Shown: in pieces, positions 1-8,848 of the stretch
Layout: every line of letters begins with the position of its first letter
Position numbering within the stretch: the first letter of the stretch is position 1
NCBI GenBank assembly: GCA_016934605.1
Contig: JAFGSO010000075.1
Location: 1-45,988 of the forward strand
Direction of reading: 5' to 3'
Origin: Calditrichota bacterium
GTDB taxonomy: Bacteria > Calditrichota > Calditrichia > RBG-13-44-9
Length of the DNA: 45,988 bases
Notes under the pieces: model-generated
What the model was told of the DNA's origin: nothing
Databases searched by the model: none
What the model saw: the letters and a program-made list of their open reading frames with translations, nothing else
Made by a program: the position numbers and the translations under genes

Positions 1-63
1 TACCGAGGCCGGCATATTGGTAAAATGATTGTTTATTCAGATGGAAATGATTAAATTTAATTA

Positions 64-81
64 CGTTAAAATCAATTAACG
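64..81. promoter_or_regulatory. Inverted repeat CGTTAA-N6-TTAACG upstream of the nagB-like operon (candidate operator)
   Basis: Perfect 6-bp arms at 64-69 and 76-81, about 90 nt upstream of the ATG at 170. It shares the GTTAA/TTAAC half-site with palindromes at 26682-26710 and 30255-30264. The sequence is AT-rich, so a chance occurrence is possible. Confidence 0.25.
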
Positions 82-169
82 GAAAGAAAATCCTTCTTTC
101 TCTGCAGCCTGATCAGGTTGGACCGGAAAAGCAGTTTCGACATATCATTTAAACCGAGGAATTGTTACC

Positions 170-2524
170 ATGCCCGCTAAAAAATCACAATCCGTATCCA
201 GAGTTGAAGAGTATTTCGTTAAAAATTCACCTTATGATTATATTTATGCACCTGCTGAAAAAATCAAGACAGTCATCGTCGATAATTTTCCGGCTCTGGG
301 GAAGATGACCGCCCTGCGATTCATCGAATGGGTCCAGCACAATCCGGGCGGAAATATATCCTTACCAACCGGAAAAACTCCGGAACATTTTATTAAATGG
401 GTGCATCATTACCTCAAAAACTGGAATAAAAAGGAAATTACCCAGGAACTGGAAAATTATGGAATTGATCCTGGCGTGATTCCGGACATGAAGAGTCTTC
501 ATTTCATTCAGATCGATGAATTTTACCCCATAAACCCACAACAGCACAACAGCTTTTACTATTATGTGAATGAATTCTATATCGAGGGATTTGGTCTGGA
601 TCCCAAAAAATCCTTGCTGATTGACGGCTCGAAGATTGGATTGAAGGAAAACGAATCTCTGAAGTCCATCTGGCCGGATTTCATGGTCGATTTGAGTCTG
701 CGCTTCCGCAGTCCCAACAGCGAGCTGGAAGAGAGACAAAAACGTGTTGTGGAATCCATCGATCAATGGTGCCAGGAATTTGAGGAGAAGGTCCGGCGCA
801 TTGGGGGAATCGGATTCTTTCTGGGGGGAATCGGACCGGATGGCCATATCGGTTTCAATGTTCGGGGATCGGATCACCATTCTACCACCCGTCTAACCCC
901 GACGAATTACGAAACTCAGGCGGCCGCCGCCTCAGACCTGGGCGGGATTGAAGTGGCCCGTAAACGGCTTGTGATTACCATAGGGTTGGGAACTATCACC
1001 TATAATCCCGATTGTACGGCAATCATCATCGCAGCCGGTGAAGCCAAGGCCGACGTGGTATCCGATGCCATTCAGCAACCCAAAAATGTACTGTACCCGG
1101 CAACTGCCTTGCATACCCTGAAAAATGCCCGGTTTTTTCTGACCACCGGTGCGGCGAAAAAGCTGACTGAAAGACAATACATCCAGCTGACCAACACAAA
1201 AACCATGGATGATGAAATTACCGAAAAAATTATTATCGATCTGGCAGTATCCAGGAATAAAAAGATTCTCGATCTAACCAAAAAGGATTTTCAGTCAGAT
1301 CGTTCTGCATCCCTGCTTTTATCGCGCCGCGAGGAAAGTTTCGATAAACTCTGTCAGATGGTGCATAACAGCATTATCGCTAAAATCGAAAAGGGATCGG
1401 AGAGCATTTCCAATGCCCGTTTTTTTCATACCGAACCACACCACGACGATCTGATGCTGGGTTATCTCCCCTTTATTGTAAGGCTTATACGGAATCCCTC
1501 GAATACACATTATTTTGCATGCCTCACCAGCGGCTTCACATCCGTAACCAATCATTACATGAAAAACCAGCTGGAATCATTGATGGAATTTATTGACCAG
1601 CCTCATTTCAAGGAGATGCTTAAGGAAGGTTATTTCGATCCCGATAACGAGATTGGTCGGAATCGTGATATCTGGCAGTATCTGGATGGGGTAGCAGCCA
1701 AAAATGAAGAACTTAAAACCGAAGGAATAGCACGTCGCCTGCTCCGGAACCTGATTGAAATATTTGAAGAATCGGATCTCAGCAATATTAAAAACAGAGT
1801 ACTGGAACTCGAACACTATTTCAACACTCAGTATCCCGGCAAAAAAGATCCCCAGTATATCCAGCGCCTGAAAGGAATGGGACGTGAATGGGAAGCCGAA
1901 TGTCTCTGGGGATATTTTGGATGGAGCTGCTCAAATGTTAAAAATCTTCGACTTGGTTTCTATACCGGAGATATTTTTACCGAGGAGCCGACCATGGACC
2001 GGGATGTACTTCCGATTTATCGATTGATGGAAGATGTAAAGCCGGATATCGTCTCGCTGGCATTCGATCCCGAAGCCAGCGGTCCCGATACCCATTATAA
2101 GGTTCTCCAGGCACTGAATGAAGGGATTCAGATGTATGAGCGAAAAAACAAGGATGTGCAAATCCGAATCTGGGGATATCGAAATGTGTGGTATCGCTTT
2201 CATCCCAGTGAAGCGAATATCTTTGTTCCGGTATCACTGAATATGTTTTCCATCCTGCAGAATGCTTTCATGAATTCATTCATCTCCCAGAGAGATGCCT
2301 CTTTCCCCAGCTATGAACATGACGGACCTTTTTCAGAACTGGCTCAAAAGATACAGGTTGAACAGTATCAGAAAATCAAGGTCTGTCTGGGGCGGCAATG
2401 GTTCCATGAGCATCCCAGTGCCCTTATCCGGGCCACCAGGGGACTGGTATTTATGAAAGAGATGACCATGGAACACTTCTATCAGACCAGTCGCGAACTG
2501 AAGAAAGCTCTGGAAAACCGATAA
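170..2524 (+). CDS. Glucosamine-6-phosphate deaminase (NagB fold) fused to a C-terminal PIG-L/LmbE-type de-N-acetylase domain
   Basis: 784-aa ORF with GAGGA 9 nt upstream of the ATG. The N-terminal ~330 aa carry NagB hallmarks (LPTGKTP, IDEFY, GGIGPDGHIGFN). Residues ~415-700 carry LmbE/PIG-L-like motifs (HTEPHHDDLMLG, FDPEASGPDTHY). No signal peptide. Confidence 0.8.
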   Translation: MPAKKSQSVSRVEEYFVKNSPYDYIYAPAEKIKTVIVDNFPALGKMTALRFIEWVQHNPGGNISLPTGKTPEHFIKWVHHYLKNWNKKEITQELENYGIDPGVIPDMKSLHFIQIDEFYPINPQQHNSFYYYVNEFYIEGFGLDPKKSLLIDGSKIGLKENESLKSIWPDFMVDLSLRFRSPNSELEERQKRVVESIDQWCQEFEEKVRRIGGIGFFLGGIGPDGHIGFNVRGSDHHSTTRLTPTNYETQAAAASDLGGIEVARKRLVITIGLGTITYNPDCTAIIIAAGEAKADVVSDAIQQPKNVLYPATALHTLKNARFFLTTGAAKKLTERQYIQLTNTKTMDDEITEKIIIDLAVSRNKKILDLTKKDFQSDRSASLLLSRREESFDKLCQMVHNSIIAKIEKGSESISNARFFHTEPHHDDLMLGYLPFIVRLIRNPSNTHYFACLTSGFTSVTNHYMKNQLESLMEFIDQPHFKEMLKEGYFDPDNEIGRNRDIWQYLDGVAAKNEELKTEGIARRLLRNLIEIFEESDLSNIKNRVLELEHYFNTQYPGKKDPQYIQRLKGMGREWEAECLWGYFGWSCSNVKNLRLGFYTGDIFTEEPTMDRDVLPIYRLMEDVKPDIVSLAFDPEASGPDTHYKVLQALNEGIQMYERKNKDVQIRIWGYRNVWYRFHPSEANIFVPVSLNMFSILQNAFMNSFISQRDASFPSYEHDGPFSELAQKIQVEQYQKIKVCLGRQWFHEHPSALIRATRGLVFMKEMTMEHFYQTSRELKKALENR

Positions 2525-2542
2525 TGGGATTATGGATATACA

Positions 2543-4225
2543 ATGGACAGAAAATTTGCCTGGTTACTGATTCTCCTTTTTGAATTCGTCTTCCTTATTT
2601 TCGGTTGGAGCCAGGGAATCACCTGGACAGACCGGACTTCAACGGTTTCACTGCCCCAGGGAGTCAGTTTTTATAAGGGAGAAAGAAATAACCCCCTGCT
2701 CAAAGCATGGTACATCGACATAGATCTCAATAATGCCAATATAGCTGTTCGTCCCTATATTTCATCCAGTAAGAAAGGTATTGTGCAATTCACCCAGAGT
2801 GTGGGTGCATTTGCGGCTATAAACGGGGGTTATTTTGATATAAACAGCTCAACTTCCTACTCTGCAGTGGTTTATCCGGAAGAGGTAAAAGCACAAAATC
2901 TGGCAGCCATTTTACGCGACGGTCTCACCTATTATGTAACCCGGGGATTTTTCGGGATAACATACCAGCGGGAGCCAGCGGTTGACTGGATTTTCCATTT
3001 CGGAAATGAAGTAAGCCAGCTGTACAGATTTCCGCAACCCCTTCCCAACATCCAGGGGAATCCGGCTCCCTATCCGGATAGTTCAGACGGAGATCCCTAT
3101 TCAGGATTAATGGTTGGAATAGGTGGAGGCCCAGTGCTTGTAAAGGATAGCCTGGTAAATATTAGTTACGAAGAAGAAATATTTTTTGGGAATTCAGGTG
3201 TAGGCCTGAGCAATCAGGATCCGCGAAGCGCTGTGGGAGCAACCCCGGACAATCATGTCCTCTTCTTAGTTGCGGATGGGCGTGACGTAACCTGGAGCAA
3301 CGGCGTGAGTCTGATTGAACTGGCAGATATCATGCTCAGTCTGGGTTGTGTGGATGCCATGAATCTGGACGGAGGGGGTTCCACTCAGATGGCCATCGGA
3401 AACAGTCTGATCAACCGCCCGGAAGGAGGCACTTTTCAGCGACCCATTCCCACCATTCTGGCACTGGTCGATGCCGACTCCATTCCGTTACCACCCGCCA
3501 TTTATTACCAGGAAATTATCGATACAGATGATCCGGGTTGTACTTTGCAGGGTTCCGGGTGGTTTCCAACCGCCAATCCGGGATACTGGGGAACCAGTCC
3601 GGCACTGCTGAATCAGATAGGCACCGGTGCAGATTTTGCTGAATTCGGGCCGAATCTGCCCGATTCCGCTGAATATGAATTATTTGCCTGGTGGGTATCG
3701 TCTTCAAACCGTTGCGGTGACACACCTTTCATTGTCACACATGCAGCGGGCTCTGATACAGTTCGGGTTGATCAGAGAGACAATGGCTCCAAATGGTTTT
3801 TACTTGGGACTTACACATTTCGCGGAGATACCAGTGATAAGGTGATTTTATCCGATGCCGGAACCATCAGCAGTCTGGTGGTAGCCGATGCCATCCGGAT
3901 CGTCTCCTACGATAGCACTCTGGTGACAAAAATTGCAGCTGAGCCGATATCCGCACCTTCAGACTTCATTCTGCAGCAAAATCATCCAAATCCCTTCAAT
4001 CCCTCTACAAAAATCCGTTTTTTTCTCAATGAACCAGGCAGAATAAATCTGGCTATTTACAATATTCTCGGTGAAAAAAAAGGCTCTCTCATACAGAATC
4101 AGTATTTCAGCGCCGGCTGGCATGACATGGAGTTTCAGGCCGGAACTCTTCCAAGCGGAATATACATTTACCGCCTGGAGACTCCTTCCGGTAATCTTCA
4201 GAAGAAAATGGTTCTCCTCCGATAA
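2543..4225 (+). CDS. Secreted phosphodiester glycosidase family protein (NAGPA/DUF2233-like) with accessory module and T9SS C-terminal sorting domain
   Basis: 560-aa ORF with an N-terminal signal peptide. It has DUF2233-type motifs FAAINGGYFD and AMNLDGGGSTQM. The C-terminus reads QQNHPNPFNPSTKIRF...GIYIYRL...KKMVLLR, a Por-type sorting domain. Confidence 0.75.
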   Translation: MDRKFAWLLILLFEFVFLIFGWSQGITWTDRTSTVSLPQGVSFYKGERNNPLLKAWYIDIDLNNANIAVRPYISSSKKGIVQFTQSVGAFAAINGGYFDINSSTSYSAVVYPEEVKAQNLAAILRDGLTYYVTRGFFGITYQREPAVDWIFHFGNEVSQLYRFPQPLPNIQGNPAPYPDSSDGDPYSGLMVGIGGGPVLVKDSLVNISYEEEIFFGNSGVGLSNQDPRSAVGATPDNHVLFLVADGRDVTWSNGVSLIELADIMLSLGCVDAMNLDGGGSTQMAIGNSLINRPEGGTFQRPIPTILALVDADSIPLPPAIYYQEIIDTDDPGCTLQGSGWFPTANPGYWGTSPALLNQIGTGADFAEFGPNLPDSAEYELFAWWVSSSNRCGDTPFIVTHAAGSDTVRVDQRDNGSKWFLLGTYTFRGDTSDKVILSDAGTISSLVVADAIRIVSYDSTLVTKIAAEPISAPSDFILQQNHPNPFNPSTKIRFFLNEPGRINLAIYNILGEKKGSLIQNQYFSAGWHDMEFQAGTLPSGIYIYRLETPSGNLQKKMVLLR

Positions 4226-4258
4226 ATGACCGATATTCCCTAAAAAGCAGGAATTTAT

Positions 4259-5632
4259 ATGAAGAAATTCATAAACGGCCAGGGAGCTTCCCGAATCGTA
4301 GAGCGAATGGGAAAAGAATTTGTGGTTGTTAAAAATCCGGATTATGTGCATCCCAGCCATGACATCTACCCTCTCGCCCCGCGAATTACCAGACCGTTGA
4401 AGCGAATTGATGCGATCGTAATGGACATGGACGGAACCACTACAACCACTGAAGCCCTCTGTATTCATTCCCTGGAGCATATGGTAAGGCAGATTACAGA
4501 TCGGATGTCCCACAGGGTGTGGGGAGGACTGGAACCAGCGGAGGATTATCCTCATATCATCGGTAATAGCACCACTAAGCATGTAGAATACCTGATCAAA
4601 AAATATCAGCCGTACATAAAAATTGAAAATCTGCAAAAATCTTATCTGGAAGCAGTGGCCTGGACGCTTAAATTCGGCAGAGACCGTAAACGTCAGGAAG
4701 AAGTTATCGGTAATCTGCATTACTTTGGATTAAAATCGTTGCTGGAAGACAAAAGATTCAGACATTATTTGTCTCTCGAACGGATAGAATCTTTAGATTT
4801 CATTGAACTGACCAGATATGTTATCTCTGAATTTGCTGGCGCAATTAAACCAAGATCAGTAACAGATTTGGTTCGTTTCGGAATCGATATTTATTATCAT
4901 CGCTATCATGAAATTCTCAATGTACTTTTGTCGGGCCGCGGCGATGCTCTGTCGAAAGAATTATTCGGAAAAGCCGGAATCCGCCTGATTGAACCGATGA
5001 AGGGGGTAGCTGTATTTCTGGCGCTGATCAAGGGGTTGCTTGGAAAAGATGCTGAAAAATTGCTTCCGGTCCTTTTGGATAATGCAGCGGAAATGGACCC
5101 AGATTTTAGCCGAAAATTAATTCAGTTTTCCAAAAAACATCGTTTATCCCAGCTGGGAACTGCTTTTATGAAAAAACCGGTAAAAACAGCCGTGGTAACT
5201 TCGTCTATTTCATTCGAAGCCAGAGTGGTATTAACAGAAGTGTTCCGAATCCTGCGGGAACAGATCAGCAGGTGGCCTTTATCTGTCAGCAAAAAGAATA
5301 AAATTCTGAAAAAATTTGAAAGTTATGAGAATTATTACGACGCTGTTATTTCGGCATCGGATTCCAGTGAAATCCGCTTGAAACCTCACCGGGACCTATA
5401 CAGCATTGCACTCCACCGGCTGGGCATAGGCAGGGAGCATTTTCCCAACGTCATCGGATTTGAAGACAGCGAAAGCGGTACCATCGCCATTCGCGCTGCC
5501 GGAATCGGAATGTGTATTGCAGTCCCATTTTCAGAGACACAGCATCATGATTTCAGTGCCGCATCCTATGTGGTAAAAGGCGCACTACCTGAAACGCTAC
5601 TGCGATATCATCTTTTTCTGGATGTGAAATAA
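4259..5632 (+). CDS. HAD-superfamily hydrolase (phosphatase/beta-phosphoglucomutase-like) with large extensions
   Basis: 457-aa ORF with AGGAA upstream of the ATG. HAD motif I is DMDGTTTTTE, motif II VVTSS, motif IV-like GFEDSESGTIAIRAAG. No signal peptide. Confidence 0.65.
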   Translation: MKKFINGQGASRIVERMGKEFVVVKNPDYVHPSHDIYPLAPRITRPLKRIDAIVMDMDGTTTTTEALCIHSLEHMVRQITDRMSHRVWGGLEPAEDYPHIIGNSTTKHVEYLIKKYQPYIKIENLQKSYLEAVAWTLKFGRDRKRQEEVIGNLHYFGLKSLLEDKRFRHYLSLERIESLDFIELTRYVISEFAGAIKPRSVTDLVRFGIDIYYHRYHEILNVLLSGRGDALSKELFGKAGIRLIEPMKGVAVFLALIKGLLGKDAEKLLPVLLDNAAEMDPDFSRKLIQFSKKHRLSQLGTAFMKKPVKTAVVTSSISFEARVVLTEVFRILREQISRWPLSVSKKNKILKKFESYENYYDAVISASDSSEIRLKPHRDLYSIALHRLGIGREHFPNVIGFEDSESGTIAIRAAGIGMCIAVPFSETQHHDFSAASYVVKGALPETLLRYHLFLDVK

Positions 5633-5768
5633 ACCTTTCCTGCATAATGAAATCAGAGGCGCAGATTTTTCGCGGGAAATAGCGTGCACGGCTTCAGAAA
5701 ATGCAAATTGTTCGCGGCCATTCATAGAGAATCAACCTGTAAAATTTTTATTGAACGACTGAGATCAC

Positions 5769-8573
5769 ATGAAAAGAATTTATCACGTAATATCCAATAC
5801 CCACTGGGACAGAGAATGGCGCTTCAGCTTTCAGAGAAACCGGCAGATGCTGGTGGAAATGATCGATAAAGTTCTCCAAATTCTGGAAGATGATCCCGAT
5901 TACCGGGCTTTTCACCTGGATAGTCAGTCTGTGGTGATTGAGGATTACCTTGAGATACGCCCCGAAAAAAGGGATCTCATTGCACATTTCGTTCGACAGA
6001 AACGGCTGTTAATCGGTCCCTGGTTTATTTTGCCCGAAGAATTTCAGGTAGGAGGTGAATCGCTGATACGCAATCTGCTTTTTGGGCATTCCATCTGTAG
6101 CGAATATGGTCATGTAATGAAAGTAGGTTATTCTCCTTTTTCCTGGGGACAGATTTCGCAACTCCCCCAGATTTACCGGGGTTTTGGAATCGATGTTGTT
6201 ATGTTTTACCGGGGCATTAACAGTCTGGATAGTCCAAAGGCAGAATTCATCTGGGAAGGAGCAGACGGTACGCGGGCCTTATCCTCCCGCTTTTCTACCA
6301 TGCCGCGATACAATTTTTATTTTTACATTTATCGTCCGGTTGTTCACAACGAAAAAATAACTGATATCGAGTATTCCTGGCGGCGTAACGGTTTGCCATT
6401 CCACATTGCATCGCCTCCTCAGCATGATGAGGATTACTTCATTCTCAAACCTCCTGACAGTTATTATCCGGAAAATCTCAAGAGCAGTGTGGAAACCATT
6501 ATCCGAGATCAGGCAGATGATTTCACCACACCGCATGTTTTCTGGGCAGAAGGCCACGATTCCAGCGGGCCGCATGAAAAAACAGTGCAGATCATCCGGG
6601 ATATCAGCCGGTTTATTAAGGATGGGGAAGTGATCCATAGCACCCTGGAAATCTATGCACAGGGGCTTAAAAATTCGGTAGAAACAGAAAAGCTCAAAGT
6701 TGTGAGCGGAGAAAGGAGAAGCAGTCAGTATGACCGGCGCTCGGGAAATCTGTACGGATACACAACTTCTGCCAGGATGTACCTGAAACAGATCAATTTC
6801 GACTGTGAAAGATGGCTTCAATTCTATGCTGAACCATTCTACAATATAGCCAGGTTACTAGAAGCGGATATCCCGCAGCGTTATCTTGAAATAGCCTGGC
6901 ATCTGCTGCTGCAGAATTCAGCCCACGATTCCATCGGCGGCTGCAGTCTGGATGCGATTCATGAAGATATGATGAATCGTTATAAACAAAGCCGGGAAAT
7001 TACACGGGGTGTATTTGAAAGAGCCTGCAAACATCTGGCAAAACAGATTGATTTATCCGCTTACGATAAGAATGATATTTTTCTGGTGGCATTAAATCCT
7101 CTGACATTTCCAAATTCATCCTGTATCGAAGCATATATTGATATTCCGGCCAGTTTAGATCGGGGAGGTCTCCGGATAAAAAAGCTTGACGGCGAGGAGA
7201 TGCCTGTCCAGTTGCTGAAACGCTTTCCGGCAGAACCGGTGGTGGAGCAGATGATCGACCGTCCCATGTATCTGAAAATGATCCGTTATCATTGTCTGAT
7301 ACAAATCAAAGACTGTCCTTCCATGGGACTTACGACTCTGCAGGTTGTGCCTGTAAAAAAGACATTAATTCTTCCCGGAACCATTGCGCTAAACAAAGGC
7401 AATCAGGTTATCCTTGAAAACCGTTTCCTGAAAATTCTGATCAATAAAAACGGAACTTTTAATGTCATTGATAAACGGAACCGGCAGGAATTTCATCAGC
7501 TGGGTTATTTCCTGGATGAAGGAGAGGCCGGACATGCCTGGATTCATGAAGCAGTAGATCCGGTTCCGGATACAAAAAATTCCACTCCGGAAATCAAGAT
7601 TTTGCGAAATGGGCCATTGCAGGCAACCGCACTGATCCGCCATCATTTCAGGATTTCGAAAAATCTGACACGGAATGGTAAGCGTTCCGGACGGCAAACT
7701 GTTTTACCAATTGAAATGGAAATAGGATTGGACAAAGAATCGCCGCGGGTAAATCTGTATATCAGACTGGACAATACCGCTGAATCTCACCGATTGAGAA
7801 TAATGTTTCCCCTGGATATTCCCACCGAGTATTCCTTTGGGGAAGGACAATTTGATGTGGTGAAGCGTTACATCGAACGGGAAGATACCGGCAACTGGGT
7901 GGAACAGCCGATGCTGGATTACCCCATGCATCACTTCGTGGATGTTTCCGACGGAAATTGCGGAGCTGCTGTTCTGGTGGACGGTCTCAAAGAATATGAA
8001 GTCATAGATAATCCGCAACGGTTGCTGGCTATTACCCTGCTGCGCTGCTTCCGTTACATCATCCAGCCCAGTGCGTTGCAGGATTATTCCCATCAAAAAG
8101 GATCACAGTGTCCCGGAAAACATGAATTCCGGCTGGCTTTTTACCCCCACCCGGGATATTGGGATAAAGGTCAGGTTTTTACCGAGGCGTTGAAATTCAA
8201 TCTGCCCGTGAAAAGTTTTCAGATTGGTCATAACCGGGGAGTGATTCCACCCGATGTTTCTTTCTTCAGAATCGAACCGGAAACACTGATATTCAGTTGC
8301 CTCAAAAAGACGGAAAAAAATTCTGAAAGAACTATTATTATCCGCTTATATAATCCAACCAACCAGAAAATTTCCGGAAAATTGAAAACTTTTTTTTCAT
8401 TAGAAAAATGTGAAGAAGTGACTCTGGAAGAAGTGACTCTGGAAGAAGTGACTCTGGAAGAAGTGACTTTGAAACAAATGACTCCCCTCAATTCTAATGA
8501 GATAGTTTTAGATGTTTCCCCGAAAAAAATAGTGACACTGAGCCTGGAAATAAGGAAAAAACAGCCAGAATAG
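5769..8573 (+). CDS. Glycoside hydrolase family 38 alpha-mannosidase (cytoplasmic)
   Basis: 934-aa ORF. The N-terminus HVISNTHWDREWRFSF, then GPWFILPEEF..GESLIRNLL and NSAHDSIGGCS, are typical GH38 blocks. No signal peptide. Confidence 0.85.
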   Translation: MKRIYHVISNTHWDREWRFSFQRNRQMLVEMIDKVLQILEDDPDYRAFHLDSQSVVIEDYLEIRPEKRDLIAHFVRQKRLLIGPWFILPEEFQVGGESLIRNLLFGHSICSEYGHVMKVGYSPFSWGQISQLPQIYRGFGIDVVMFYRGINSLDSPKAEFIWEGADGTRALSSRFSTMPRYNFYFYIYRPVVHNEKITDIEYSWRRNGLPFHIASPPQHDEDYFILKPPDSYYPENLKSSVETIIRDQADDFTTPHVFWAEGHDSSGPHEKTVQIIRDISRFIKDGEVIHSTLEIYAQGLKNSVETEKLKVVSGERRSSQYDRRSGNLYGYTTSARMYLKQINFDCERWLQFYAEPFYNIARLLEADIPQRYLEIAWHLLLQNSAHDSIGGCSLDAIHEDMMNRYKQSREITRGVFERACKHLAKQIDLSAYDKNDIFLVALNPLTFPNSSCIEAYIDIPASLDRGGLRIKKLDGEEMPVQLLKRFPAEPVVEQMIDRPMYLKMIRYHCLIQIKDCPSMGLTTLQVVPVKKTLILPGTIALNKGNQVILENRFLKILINKNGTFNVIDKRNRQEFHQLGYFLDEGEAGHAWIHEAVDPVPDTKNSTPEIKILRNGPLQATALIRHHFRISKNLTRNGKRSGRQTVLPIEMEIGLDKESPRVNLYIRLDNTAESHRLRIMFPLDIPTEYSFGEGQFDVVKRYIEREDTGNWVEQPMLDYPMHHFVDVSDGNCGAAVLVDGLKEYEVIDNPQRLLAITLLRCFRYIIQPSALQDYSHQKGSQCPGKHEFRLAFYPHPGYWDKGQVFTEALKFNLPVKSFQIGHNRGVIPPDVSFFRIEPETLIFSCLKKTEKNSERTIIIRLYNPTNQKISGKLKTFFSLEKCEEVTLEEVTLEEVTLEEVTLKQMTPLNSNEIVLDVSPKKIVTLSLEIRKKQPE
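8412..8471 (+). repeat. In-frame 15-bp tandem repeat (GAAGAAGTGACTCTG x4) encoding (EEVTL)4 near the GH38 C-terminus
   Basis: Four consecutive 15-nt units read directly. The first three are identical and the fourth has one C-to-T change. Confidence 0.95.
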
Positions 8574-8576
8574 AGA

Positions 8577-8604
8577 AGGATTCAGGAGTCAGGAATCAGG
8601 ATTC
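8577..8604. repeat. Heptanucleotide tandem tract AGGATTC AGGAGTC AGGAATC AGGATTC
   Basis: Four 7-bp units immediately after the GH38 stop codon. The tract contains TCAGGAGTCAGG (8582-8593), whose reverse complement recurs at 45851-45862. Confidence 0.9.
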
Positions 8605-8631
8605 CCGACTCCCTGTCAACCTCCGGTTGAC
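8585..8631 (+). terminator. Two consecutive stem-loops downstream of GH38 (possible terminator; no U-tract)
   Basis: The first is GGAGTC...GACTCC, with inner GGAATC/GATTCC pairing, at 8585-8612. The second is GTCAACC-tcc-GGTTGAC at 8615-8631. No T-run follows either one, so termination is uncertain. Confidence 0.3.
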
Positions 8632-8781
8632 CCGTCGGGACTCAACCTTCCATGGTTTCGTCAAGGCTCGGGGATTTTGTCCACTGATTACACGCCTGTC
8701 CGGTGGCAGAGGGGCTTGTCCGGCGTCCAGACTGGCTGTTATATTTGCTATAGACGGGTATCCTGCAGTTAGATTCCATCC

Positions 8782-8817
8782 AAAAAAAGATGCCACCGCT
8801 TCCATAACGATGGCATC
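8782..8817 (-). terminator. Rho-independent terminator of the giant T9SS-cargo gene
   Basis: The minus strand reads GATGCCA-(15-nt loop)-TGGCATC followed by TTTTTTT. It lies 32 nt downstream of the TAA stop at 8849-8851. Confidence 0.7.
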
Positions 8818-8848
8818 TTAGATCAATTCTCATACTAGAATGACAGGC

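Noticed and set aside
8228-8491. 87-aa ORF (-) with a VTSSRVTSSRVTSSRVTSS repeat.
   Set aside because: It is the antisense read-through of the 15-bp VNTR inside the GH38 gene, and the GH38 frame is strongly supported.
8605-8781. SRP RNA, 6S RNA, RNase P RNA, tmRNA or tRNA in the GC-rich convergent spacer.
   Set aside because: None of the conserved cores I know is present (the SRP GGAA-tetraloop helix 8 motif, RNase P GAGGAAAGUCC, the tmRNA tRNA-like end, tRNA T-loop/acceptor geometry). It is kept only as an unassigned structured-looking region.
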